Program-made: the position numbers and the translations under genes | DNA from: a virus | Lineage: Duplodnaviria; Caudoviricetes | Strand: one strand, 5' to 3' | Virus record (IMG/VR): IMGVR_UViG_3300017589_000262 | Location: 1 to 39,636 of that record | Length of the DNA stretch: 39,636 bases | Shown here: positions 1-8,452 of the stretch, piece after piece | How positions within the stretch are numbered: position 1 is the first letter of the stretch | How the letters are laid out: each line of letters opens with the position of its first letter | Notes under the pieces: model-generated | The model's input: only the letters and a program-made list of their open reading frames with translations | The model's database searches: none | Told to the model about the DNA's origin: nothing

Positions 1-1227
1 CTACCCCTTCCCGGCTGCCCTAAACAGAGACACCACCTTTCCGCTCTCCCGTTGCGCGTCCAAGTAATCAGCCCAGGCTTGCATCATGCGGCGGCGCTCC
101 GGCAGATAGTCCGCGCGGTTATAGGCGTCCCTGACGCTGTTGCCCTCGGCATGGGCAAGCTGGCGCTCAATGGCATCCCTGTTCCAGCCTTGCTCATTCA
201 GCAATGTGGAAGCCATCGTACGGAAGCCGTGCCCCGTCATCTCTTCTTTGGAATATCCCAGACGACGCAAGGCCCCATTTACGGTATTATCGCTCATGGG
301 GCGTTCTGCGGAGCGCTCCGAGGGAAACAGGTAGCGGCCCTCTCCTGTAAGAGGACGAAGCGCCTTCAGGATATCCAACGCTTGCCGGGAGAGCGGCACG
401 ATATGCAGCGCCTTCATCTTCATCTTGGCTGCGGGGATACGCCATTCTGCTGTGTCCTCGTCAAACTCGCTCCACTCCGCATGGCGAAGTTCACCGGGCC
501 GCACAAAGGTAAGAGGAGCAAGACGCAAGGCCTGTGCCACGACCTGAGAGCCTTCATAGCCCCACAGAGCGCGCAGAAGCGGTCCAATGGCCTTGGGATC
601 GGTGATACTGGAACGGTGCCGTACGGTGACAGCCCGGAGCGCGCCCCTCAGTGCGGGCGTGGGGTCATTCTCAACATAGTCAGCAGCGATAGCATAGCGG
701 AAGATCTGCCCGCAGCACTGTAAGATGCGCCGAGCCGTTTCATGACACTCCCGCTCCTCGATCTTTTGGACCGCGTTCAGGATGATTCTTGGGGTAACTC
801 CCTTGACCGGGATGTCTCCGAGTTGGGGTAACAGTTCACGCTCTAGCTGGCGCATCTTGTTATAAGCAGTGCTCTCGGTCCAGCCAGGGCGCTTTTTCTC
901 GTACCATTCCAAGGCGACCACCCAGAAGGTCAGAGCGTCCTGTACGGCCTTGGCCTGCTCCTCTCTGCGGACTGCGCCGGGGTCAATGCCCTGCGCCACC
1001 ATCTTGCGAGCAGCCTCCCTGCGCTCCCGTGCATCCGCCAGGGAGATGTCGGGGTAGACGCCCAGGCTCAGCAGCTTCTCCTTGCCGCCAAAGAGGTATT
1101 TGAAGCGCCACCATTTGCCCCCATTCGGGGTAATGAGCAGATAAAGCCCTCTTTCGTCCGTGATCTTACGCGCCTTGTCAGAAGGCTTGGCGTTTCTGAT
1201 CGCGGTGTCCGTAAGCTTCCCAGCCAT
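1..1227 (-). CDS. int: P4-family tyrosine recombinase/integrase with N-terminal arm-binding domain
   Basis: N-terminal LTDTAIRNAKP...GLYLLITPNGGKWWRFKY arm-binding motif; catalytic motifs RPGEL, HGFR, LAH and DAYNR. Confidence 0.95.
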   Translation of the reverse strand: MAGKLTDTAIRNAKPSDKARKITDERGLYLLITPNGGKWWRFKYLFGGKEKLLSLGVYPDISLADARERREAARKMVAQGIDPGAVRREEQAKAVQDALTFWVVALEWYEKKRPGWTESTAYNKMRQLERELLPQLGDIPVKGVTPRIILNAVQKIEERECHETARRILQCCGQIFRYAIAADYVENDPTPALRGALRAVTVRHRSSITDPKAIGPLLRALWGYEGSQVVAQALRLAPLTFVRPGELRHAEWSEFDEDTAEWRIPAAKMKMKALHIVPLSRQALDILKALRPLTGEGRYLFPSERSAERPMSDNTVNGALRRLGYSKEEMTGHGFRTMASTLLNEQGWNRDAIERQLAHAEGNSVRDAYNRADYLPERRRMMQAWADYLDAQRESGKVVSLFRAAGKG

Positions 1228-1230
1228 TTT

Positions 1231-1300
1231 GGGGTAACTCCTGTTGCCATTTTTGGGTCAACACGCACTGTTACCCCAAGAGTTACCCCGCTGTTACCCC
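1231..1300. repeat. GTTACCCC repeats upstream of int; candidate arm-type integrase binding sites
   Basis: GTTACCCC at 1270-1277, 1282-1289 and 1293-1300, plus an inverted GGGGTAAC at 1231-1238. Confidence 0.6.
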
Positions 1301-1468
1301 GGATGTCAACGAACCACAAAAAATGTGCCACGACACTTAGACTTACCCAGGGGAGAGCCGGGACATAGCGGGATATTGCGGGACGAGAAGGGACGTGCAG
1401 AGCAACGACAGCAACGAAATTCAGGTGTATGGAGTGGGAAAAATCAAGACGAGACGGTTTCGAGGAAA

Positions 1469-1521
1469 ACGACGGTTAATTTTGGACAGGCACCCACACA
1501 CGACGGTTATTTTTGTACAGG
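1469..1521 (+). repeat. Two 22-bp direct repeats; candidate MuA transposase binding sites of the left end
   Basis: ACGACGGTTAATTTTGGACAGG (1469-1490) vs ACGACGGTTATTTTTGTACAGG (1500-1521), 20/22 identical; partial GACGGTT at 1453-1459. Confidence 0.65.
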
Positions 1522-2223
1522 AGTGATGCCGAATTTCGAGTAAAGGTCCGCTAGTCTTATTGCCGCTTCCTGGGCTTTCTCCTGACTCTTTTTTACATCA
1601 GAAAGAGCATCGTTAACGAGCGAAACGGGAAGTATTTTAGTCTTGTAATCAAGCGATGAGATTGAAGCTGATGCTTTCTGTAGTGCATTTTTCCTTATCG
1701 CGTAAGATTCAATTGTTTTATCTATTATTATCGCGACTTCATTTTTTGTCTGCTGATTAACATCCAATGCAAAAATAGATTTTTTTATTTCGTGTAATTT
1801 GTCGAGTGTCCTTTGGCAATGGAGTGCTTCGGCATCGAAAAGCCTTCCACACTTTGTTTTTAATACCGTAACATATTCATTTGGTGAGTTGATACCTTCT
1901 AGCCTTGAAAGCTCTTCCATCAATATTTTGTGTGAAACTTCAACAGGAACTTCTGCATCCGCAATTTTTGAGATAAGTTTGACGACGTCGCTATCCGTAG
2001 TCCCTGCCATGATGGGGAGCTGCTTTTCAGATACATCAGCAGTAGATAAAGCCACCCAACCCATACCAAACGAAAATATAATAAAAAAAGCCTGCAATAA
2101 GTGGACGTTTCGTTTCGTCAAATCTTCAGCTTTTACGAGTCCCGTCTTAGCAACTAAACTAGGCTTGAACGTCACCACACCAAGGCCAACAACAGATATC
2201 ACTGCGTACAGCCAATAGCTCAC
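1507..2223 (-). CDS. Hypothetical membrane protein (two N-terminal TM segments, helical C-terminus), coupled to the repressor
   Basis: AT-rich ORF; GTG at 2223 overlaps the repressor TGA (GTGA) with GGAGGG upstream; hydrophobic YWLYAVISVVGLGVVTF and LLQAFFIIFSFGMGWVAL. Confidence 0.75.
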   Translation of the reverse strand: MSYWLYAVISVVGLGVVTFKPSLVAKTGLVKAEDLTKRNVHLLQAFFIIFSFGMGWVALSTADVSEKQLPIMAGTTDSDVVKLISKIADAEVPVEVSHKILMEELSRLEGINSPNEYVTVLKTKCGRLFDAEALHCQRTLDKLHEIKKSIFALDVNQQTKNEVAIIIDKTIESYAIRKNALQKASASISSLDYKTKILPVSLVNDALSDVKKSQEKAQEAAIRLADLYSKFGITPVQK

Positions 2224-2942
2224 CGCAATTCCCTCCCAAGCCACACAGCTTTGCCGATGATACGGATGCCGTCCGCTAGATCGCCGCGCGCATCAATCTC
2301 AAGCGGTGCATACGCGGCGTTGTAGCTTTTCAGGATGATCTTGCCAGGCAAAGTATCAACCAGCTTGATATAAACCACATCCTCAACGCCGACGGCGAAC
2401 ATTCCTCCAGCCCTTGGCGTGGTTTGACTCTGGTCTAGAAGCACCACGTCTCCGTGGTGAATCTCCGGCTCCATACTATCCCCGTCCACCCGCATCAGTA
2501 CCATTTGGGAGACTTGCCCCTTACGGGTCAAAAAGTCCGAACGGAAGCCATACCGCTTGTCCGTTTCATCACCAGTCATAAAAGACCCTGTGCCAGCGGA
2601 AAGCCGAGCCTCCACGAGGGGCACATAGATCATGTTGACGTCACAAGGCGCTTGGACGTCCGTAAGGACGACCTTGGACAAGGGTTCATTACAGCCAGAG
2701 TCACACGTAGCTTCCACAACCGTTGTCCTAGTGGAGTCATACGCTGGGCCAACACCACGCAAGAGCCATTCTGCAGACACGCCAAGCTGATTGACCATTG
2801 CCGTTAGAAAATCCGCGTCCGGGGTTCTTTCCCCCCGTTCATAGCGGCCCAAGGTGTTTTGGGCGACCCCGAGCTTTAGGGCGAACTCCGATTGGGATAT
2901 TCCACCTCGGATCGCTAAAATTCGTTTTGAGAGTGTATCCAT
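2220..2942 (-). CDS. CI-like repressor, XRE HTH plus S24 autopeptidase domain
   Basis: HTH ISQSEFALKLGVAQNTLGRYERGERTP; Ala-Gly site LSAGTG; catalytic Ser in GDSMEP and Lys in YIKLV; divergent from the early operon. Confidence 0.92.
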   Translation of the reverse strand: MDTLSKRILAIRGGISQSEFALKLGVAQNTLGRYERGERTPDADFLTAMVNQLGVSAEWLLRGVGPAYDSTRTTVVEATCDSGCNEPLSKVVLTDVQAPCDVNMIYVPLVEARLSAGTGSFMTGDETDKRYGFRSDFLTRKGQVSQMVLMRVDGDSMEPEIHHGDVVLLDQSQTTPRAGGMFAVGVEDVVYIKLVDTLPGKIILKSYNAAYAPLEIDARGDLADGIRIIGKAVWLGRELR

Positions 2943-3093
2943 GTGTGTCTCAGAAGAAAGTTTGTTCTGTGGCACCGTCTATGACAGGGCTTATCTGGTA
3001 ACTATCTGGACCTGTTTGGGATAATTTTTCTGGATCAAAAACATCTTTTACACCCATACGGGGTTTACATTTAATCCCAAATGGAGTTAGAAA
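2884..3093. promoter_or_regulatory. Immunity region: four related 15-bp candidate operators and a possible rightward early promoter
   Basis: ATCCCAAATGGAGTT (3074-3088), CACCCATACGGGGTT (3051-3065), minus-strand ATCCCAATCGGAGTT (2884-2898) and ATCCCAAACAGGTCC (3008-3022); TTTACA (3064-3069) with TAGAAA (3088-3093). Confidence 0.55.
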
Positions 3094-3213
3094 AACCCTG
3101 CGCACGGTGGAAATGGTTTCTCGCTAATCCACTTCTACCCGGTCCGCGCAAACGGGTCAACGTCCGAGGCTAAGGATAGTTTGGACGCCCTCTCAGCCAA
3201 AGGTGGACGGCAA

Positions 3214-3639
3214 ATGCGGCAAGGCTCCCTTTTTGACGACGATCCTGGCAGGATTTCCGGCCTGCTTCCTGCCATGCGTGCGGCAATGAACCGCGCGGCT
3301 GGTGAGGACGAGGCCGGACGCAAGCTGCTCGTGGACCGCATCAACGCGGTGGCACAAATTGCTGGCGTCCGGCTCACGGCCGGGAACACCAAGTCCATCT
3401 CCAAAGACACCCTCGACAAGTGGCTGAATCCCAATGACCGCGACCACACGCCGGGCATCCTCGCCTTGGCCGCGTTTTGCTTGGCCACGAAGGACGCAAG
3501 CGCGCTGGGTGTGTTGCTGCGGGCTGTGGGCTTGGATGTGATGACAGAGGAAGACAGAAGGCACCGGGATTATGGCCGGGCCTGCATAGCAGAACGGGAA
3601 GCCCGCAAGAGAAAGAAAAGACTGGAGGATTCAATATGA
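3214..3639 (+). CDS. Phage early regulatory protein (putative DNA-binding)
   Basis: First early ORF; AAGGTGG upstream of ATG 3214; ISKDTLDKWLNP helix motif; ATGA overlap with the next gene. Confidence 0.7.
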   Translation: MRQGSLFDDDPGRISGLLPAMRAAMNRAAGEDEAGRKLLVDRINAVAQIAGVRLTAGNTKSISKDTLDKWLNPNDRDHTPGILALAAFCLATKDASALGVLLRAVGLDVMTEEDRRHRDYGRACIAEREARKRKKRLEDSI

Positions 3640-3875
3640 CGCCGCTGGAGTGCCGGGCGGAACGCCAGAAGATGCGTTTCCGCATTCGTGAACACCTGGA
3701 GCGCCGGGGGCTCAACATGTTGGAGATAGCCCGGAGGCTGAAGGTGAATAAAGACCTTGTGGTCGGGACCATCGGCGGAAGCCGAAATAACCGCCGCGTG
3801 CTGGAAGCGCTGCGAGATGTTGGCGTGCCGGAAAAGTATCTCTTTATTCCTGAACACAAAGAGGAGGCTGCGTGA
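3636..3875 (+). CDS. Ner-like HTH transcriptional regulator
   Basis: 79 aa; IREHLERRGLNMLEIARRLKVNKDLVVGTIGG; GGAGG RBS; position upstream of the transposase. Confidence 0.7.
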   Translation: MTPLECRAERQKMRFRIREHLERRGLNMLEIARRLKVNKDLVVGTIGGSRNNRRVLEALRDVGVPEKYLFIPEHKEEAA

Positions 3876-4399
3876 TGCTGATCTTGGACGTTTCGAGCAA
3901 GCGGCTGCCCTCCGGCGGGCAGATTGTTTTGACAACCTGGCCGTCTGACGCGGGGCAGTTGCCCGGAGGGTTTGACGTTGACACGTGGGAGGAGGCGCAG
4001 ACGTTTTATGTCGCCGCTCCGGGGGGCTGTCTCCGCGCTGCGTTTGACGAGGCCTACCGCTCGGCGCGTGTTGAGGCTCGCAAACATGGCGGTGTGGAGT
4101 TTCTGATTCCGCCCGACCACGAGCCTATCCGCTTTCCCGACCTTGAAGCGAATGGGCTCCGCGCCCCGGAAGTTATCGTGTTGGATGGAGGTCCAGGCTA
4201 CCGAAGCCCCGTCAAACTGTCGGGAGAGGAGCTTTTGGAGCTGGGGCGGTTGGTCTGGCTCGAACAGCTGGAGCGTCTGCGCGCTCTGGTGACAGAGGCC
4301 ATCGAGACGGGGAAAAACTACGCCGAGTTCGACGCCGAGGTGTGCGGAATTTTCCCCGGCGGGTTTGGAGCGAACCAGGGAGAGGGGGCACGGTCATGA
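3872..4399 (+). CDS. Hypothetical protein
   Basis: GAGGAGG RBS; GTGA and ATGA overlaps with both neighbours. Confidence 0.65.
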   Translation: MMLILDVSSKRLPSGGQIVLTTWPSDAGQLPGGFDVDTWEEAQTFYVAAPGGCLRAAFDEAYRSARVEARKHGGVEFLIPPDHEPIRFPDLEANGLRAPEVIVLDGGPGYRSPVKLSGEELLELGRLVWLEQLERLRALVTEAIETGKNYAEFDAEVCGIFPGGFGANQGEGARS

Positions 4400-4590
4400 G
4401 CGAAGAAACGAAAGAGCAGCAGGCACAACGCGAGCGGGAAGAGTTTGAGCGGGTTGTGCGGACGCTGGATGCAGCTCTTGTTGGTGTGGATTGGCACGCG
4501 GCAGCGCAAGCCGCCGCCGCGTCGCTAAACAAGATAGCAAACCAAGAAGGCTTGGTTATTCAGGTGAAGACAATGCCTTCAGTCCCTTAG
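4396..4590 (+). CDS. Small hypothetical protein (MSEETKEQQ...)
   Basis: ATG 4396 overlaps the upstream stop; GAGGGGG RBS. Confidence 0.6.
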   Translation: MSEETKEQQAQREREEFERVVRTLDAALVGVDWHAAAQAAAASLNKIANQEGLVIQVKTMPSVP

Positions 4591-4747
4591 AGATGTTGCT
4601 AACCAACACAAGAAAATCATTGGAGAGGTTTCCGATCAGCTGATCGCCTTGCAATCGTTTGGAATCGTGAGGGGTGAGAGGCTTGGAAATGACCGCGACG
4701 TACAGATCAGCAGCAATTCGAGCAACGGTTTCGTCAGAAACGTTCAT
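4556..4747 (-). CDS. Small antisense-oriented hypothetical protein (63 aa)
   Basis: AAGGAG RBS before ATG at 4747; fills the gap before the transposase; AT-richer than its flanks. Confidence 0.5.
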   Translation of the reverse strand: MNVSDETVARIAADLYVAVISKPLTPHDSKRLQGDQLIGNLSNDFLVLVSNISKGLKALSSPE

Positions 4748-4851
4748 TTTTCCGGCTCCTTCGGCGTGGGATTGGCCCACGGCTTGAGGGTTGATTGGTG
4801 ACAACAGGCATAGCCGAAGGAGCCGGACCTTTGCAAACAGCAGGACAGGCC

Positions 4852-7026
4852 ATGGACGCAGTGAAAACAGCTTACACTACGCTTGAGATTGCGCAGGTGC
4901 TGTCTTGCCCTCGGAAGACAGTATTGCGCCGTGCCGAGCGGGGAAACTGGCCCTCCGTCCAACGCGAAGGCCGTGGCGGCGGCAAACTCTTTCCCCTGTC
5001 ATCTCTGCCCGATGACGTGCGCCTGGCCCTTGCCTCCTCCGCCACCGCAGCCACCAACCACGAGGCCGCCACGCTGAAACTGCGCGAGGATCTGGCCCAG
5101 CGCGCCGCCGAGACCAGCCGCCAGGGCGCGCTCTCCACCTTCGCCACCCTGCCCGAGCCGCGCAAGCGCCGGGCCGAGGCGCGGGCGCTTATCGCCCGCA
5201 TGTGCGACGAATTTCTTTCTACCTCCGGTCTGCCGCGCCGTCGCGGCACGGAACTGTTCGCCCTGGACTACAATGCCCTTCGCGTGGCCGTGCCGGACTG
5301 GACGCGCGAAACCGTGCCCAGCCTGTGCGCGGGCAGCATCCGCAACTGGCAAAAGGCGCTCGACCGCGAGGGCTTGGCCCGACTGGCCGGGAACCAGGGC
5401 CGCCACCGCCTGGGCACGGGCAAGATCGACGGCAGCCCGCTGCTTTCTGAGTTCTGTCTGGGCATGCTCAAGACCTACCCGCACACCCACGCCCCGCATC
5501 TGCTGGAAGCCATGCGCGCCCGCTTCGGCGAGGACGGCCTGCCGACCTTGCGCGCCGTGCAGCGTTGGCTTTCCGGCTGGAAGAACCGCAACGAGCAACT
5601 CTTCTCCGCCGTGAAGAACCCGGACGCCTGGCGCAACAAGTACATGGCCGCAGGCGGTGACGCCCTGGCCGTGGACCGCTTGAACCAGCGCTGGGAAATG
5701 GACTCCACGCCCGGCGACCTGCTGCTTGCCGACGGTTCGCGCCACACCATTGTGGGCTGCATCGACGTGTTCACCAGGCGTTTAACGCTGCATGTTTCGC
5801 GCTCCAGCTCCTCCGCCGCCGTGGCCGCCACCCTGCGCAAGGCGCTCATGGCCTGGGGCGTGCCGGAAGAGGTCAAGACCGACAACGGCTCGGACTATGT
5901 GAGCCGCCACATGTCGAGCCTGTTCCTGGGTCTGGACATCCGGCGGACGCTGTGCGCGCCGTTTCAGCCCCAGCAAAAGCCTTTCATCGAGCGCGCCCTG
6001 GGCACCTTCTCCCATGACCTGGTGGAGTACCTGCACGGCTACGTCGGCCACAACGTGGCCGAGCGCAAGGACATTGAAGCCCGGCGCAGCTTTGCCCAGC
6101 GCCTTATGCGTCAGGGAGAAGATCCGGTGGAGCTGCGCATGTCGCCCGTGGAGCTGCAAGAGTTCTGCGACCGCTGGACCGATGACGTGTATGGCCGCAA
6201 GCCGCACACCGGCCTGAAGGGCAAGAGCCCCTGGCAAGTGACTGCCGAGTGGGCGCACCCGGTGCGCCGCATTCAGGACGAGCGCGCCCTGGACGTGCTT
6301 TTGCTGCCTGCCCCTGGTGGCGAGGGCCTGCGCCGCGTGGGCAAGAAGGGCATCCGCCTGGAGGGCGGTTACTACGACCACCCGCTGCTGGGCGGCATGG
6401 AAGGCCGCGACGTGCTGGTGCGGCTCGACGAGGCGGACGTGGGCGCCATTTACGTGTTCGACCTGGACGGCCCGTTTGTGTGCCGGGCGCTTTGCCCGGA
6501 GATCGCGGGCGTGTCCCGCCGCGATGTGGCCCTTGGCCGCAAGCGCCGCCAGCAGGTGGTCATGGCCGAAGGCAAGAAGATGCTGCGCGACGCCGCCCGC
6601 AAGGCCAACACCAAGGACATTGCCCAGGAGATTCTGGACAGCCGCCGGGCCGAGGCCGCCAAGACGCTTGCCCTGCCCAGAATCGGCGAGGCCTACGAGA
6701 CTCCGGCCCTTGTGGAGGCCGGGCTTGCCGCCCGCGCTACAGACGCGCCCCTGCCCGCGCCTATTACCCCAGACGAAACGGCCCGGCTGGAGGCCATCGC
6801 GGCGGAAATGGCCACGGCCACGCCCGCGCCGGAACAGCCGGAAACCCGCTTTACGCGCGCGCTGCACCTGGAGCGCATGGCGGAGCAAGGCAAGGACTTG
6901 AAGCCGAGCCTGGCCAACTGGCTGAGCGTGTATCAGCACACCCCGGAATACCGCAGCTACAAAGGACTTTATGAGGAATTCGGCGATTCGTGGCTGCCGC
7001 TGACGGTGGCTACCGCCGGAGGCTAG
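4852..7026 (+). CDS. MuA-like DDE transposase
   Basis: N-terminal Mu-type HTH (REGRGGGKLFPLSSLP); DDE core WEMDST, KTDNGSDY, KPFIERAL; Mu transposase C-terminal beta-barrel. Confidence 0.95.
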   Translation: MDAVKTAYTTLEIAQVLSCPRKTVLRRAERGNWPSVQREGRGGGKLFPLSSLPDDVRLALASSATAATNHEAATLKLREDLAQRAAETSRQGALSTFATLPEPRKRRAEARALIARMCDEFLSTSGLPRRRGTELFALDYNALRVAVPDWTRETVPSLCAGSIRNWQKALDREGLARLAGNQGRHRLGTGKIDGSPLLSEFCLGMLKTYPHTHAPHLLEAMRARFGEDGLPTLRAVQRWLSGWKNRNEQLFSAVKNPDAWRNKYMAAGGDALAVDRLNQRWEMDSTPGDLLLADGSRHTIVGCIDVFTRRLTLHVSRSSSSAAVAATLRKALMAWGVPEEVKTDNGSDYVSRHMSSLFLGLDIRRTLCAPFQPQQKPFIERALGTFSHDLVEYLHGYVGHNVAERKDIEARRSFAQRLMRQGEDPVELRMSPVELQEFCDRWTDDVYGRKPHTGLKGKSPWQVTAEWAHPVRRIQDERALDVLLLPAPGGEGLRRVGKKGIRLEGGYYDHPLLGGMEGRDVLVRLDEADVGAIYVFDLDGPFVCRALCPEIAGVSRRDVALGRKRRQQVVMAEGKKMLRDAARKANTKDIAQEILDSRRAEAAKTLALPRIGEAYETPALVEAGLAARATDAPLPAPITPDETARLEAIAAEMATATPAPEQPETRFTRALHLERMAEQGKDLKPSLANWLSVYQHTPEYRSYKGLYEEFGDSWLPLTVATAGG

Positions 7027-7035
7027 AGACGGCGC

Positions 7036-7067
7036 GGCCCCGCAGACGCGCCAACGTCAACGGGGCC
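7036..7067 (+). other. Intergenic stem-loop between A and B
   Basis: GGCCCCG/CGGGGCC outer stem, GACG/CGTC inner stem, loop CGCCAA; no U-tract. Confidence 0.5.
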
Positions 7068-7100
7068 TTGAAATGGACAAGAACAACAACGGAGGAAAGC

Positions 7101-7868
7101 ATGACGAAAGAAAGCGGACAAGTCAACGCAGGCCAGAATGTGGCCCCCACGCCCGGCAGCATAGCGCCCTTACGCAACGTGGCCCTGTTCTCGGCCCTGG
7201 TGGACCGCGTGATGCACCGCCCCGTGGGTTTGCCGGGCATGGCCACCTTCCACGGCCCCAGCGGCCTGGGCAAGAGCTGTTGCGCCATCTACGCGGCGAA
7301 CAAACACCGGGCCTATTACGTCCAGGTGCGCAGCGTGTGGACGCGCAAGCACATGCTGGTCAGCATCCTGGCTGAAATGGGCATCCGCCCGGCCGGGACT
7401 ATCCCCGAAATGATGGACCAGGTGGGCCAGCAGCTCTCGCTCTCCTCCCGCCCGCTCATCATCGACGAAGCCGATTACCTGCTGGCCAAGGGCATGATCG
7501 AACTGGTTCGCGATATTTATGAATCCAGCCAGGCCGCCATTATCCTCATTGGTGAGGAAGGTCTGCCGCAATCCCTCAAGCGTTTTGAGCGGGTGCATGG
7601 CCGCATGCTTGATTGGCAGGCCGCCGAGCCCGCCAACGCGAACGACGCCCGCGTGCTGGCGAAGTTCTACTGCCCCTCGGCAACCGTGGGCGAGGACCTG
7701 CTGGCCCGGCTGCTGGAAGCTTCCGCTGGGTCCGTGCGGCGCATCTGCGTGAACCTGGACCGTGTGCGTGAATTCGCGGCCGAGCGTGGCCTGGGGCAGG
7801 TGAGCCTGGCGGACTACCAGGGCGAGATCTTCACCGGCAGCCCGGCGGGAGCGCGGAGGAGCGCATGA
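7101..7868 (+). CDS. MuB-like AAA+ transposition ATPase
   Basis: Walker A GPSGLGKS, Walker B LIIDEAD; GGAGG RBS; directly after the transposase. Confidence 0.93.
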   Translation: MTKESGQVNAGQNVAPTPGSIAPLRNVALFSALVDRVMHRPVGLPGMATFHGPSGLGKSCCAIYAANKHRAYYVQVRSVWTRKHMLVSILAEMGIRPAGTIPEMMDQVGQQLSLSSRPLIIDEADYLLAKGMIELVRDIYESSQAAIILIGEEGLPQSLKRFERVHGRMLDWQAAEPANANDARVLAKFYCPSATVGEDLLARLLEASAGSVRRICVNLDRVREFAAERGLGQVSLADYQGEIFTGSPAGARRSA

Positions 7869-8452
7869 GTCGCAAACCCATTGTGACTCTGGCCGCCGGG
7901 GGCAAGCCTTATGGGCGGCAAGCCATGTGGGAGGCCATGCGCGGATTGTGGCGCTTTACCCGCGCGGACCTCGATTATTTGAATGTCGAACGTGACACTG
8001 TGCGCAGCTATCTCCGTTCGCTCGTAAAGGCCGGATACGTGGTTGTGGCTGTATCGCAAGGGCACCACGCACCGGCCGTGTATGAGCTTGTTAACGATGT
8101 GGGGATGGAGGCCCCGCGACTGCGCCGCGACGGTTCCCCCGTGGAGCAAGGCCAGGCCCGCGAGCACATGTGGCGGGCTATGAAAATGCTGCCCAGCTTC
8201 AACTTTTTGGATATCGCCGTAACCGCCGGGACTGAGGAGGTGCGCGTTACCGAGCAGGACGCCAAGGACTACGTGAAGCATCTGTGGCGGGCCAAGTACT
8301 TGGCCGTGCTGAAGCCCGCCACCAAGCGGACCAAGGCCGTGTACAAGCTGGCGCGCAACACCGGCCCCAAGCCGCCCATGGTGACGCGGGCCAAGATCGT
8401 GTTTGACCCCAACCTGGGCAAGATCGCCTGGGTTGAGGAGGTGGAGCCATGA
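7865..8452 (+). CDS. Mu-like early protein with tandem winged-helix-like repeats
   Basis: Internal duplication (AMWEAMR...YLRSLVKAGYV / HMWRAMK...YVKHLWRAKYL); coupled to B. Confidence 0.75.
   Translation: MSRKPIVTLAAGGKPYGRQAMWEAMRGLWRFTRADLDYLNVERDTVRSYLRSLVKAGYVVVAVSQGHHAPAVYELVNDVGMEAPRLRRDGSPVEQGQAREHMWRAMKMLPSFNFLDIAVTAGTEEVRVTEQDAKDYVKHLWRAKYLAVLKPATKRTKAVYKLARNTGPKPPMVTRAKIVFDPNLGKIAWVEEVEP

Noticed and set aside
791-832. Two further GGGGTAAC copies inside the integrase gene
   Set aside because: They can be explained by codons (Val-Thr-Pro, Leu-Leu-Pro), so no regulatory role can be supported.
1-1227. Integrase as the prophage's own integration enzyme
   Set aside because: The phage has a complete MuA/MuB set, and the candidate end repeats lie between int and the phage genes.
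1430-1465. Possible tRNA-Gly on the minus strand (TGGAGTGGGAAA resembles the reverse complement of its 3' end)
   Set aside because: Similarity ends after about 12 nt and no cloverleaf can be built; kept only as a boundary hypothesis.
1270-1521. Short repeats considered as a CRISPR array
   Set aside because: Too few and too short, spacers only 3-9 nt, and no cas genes.
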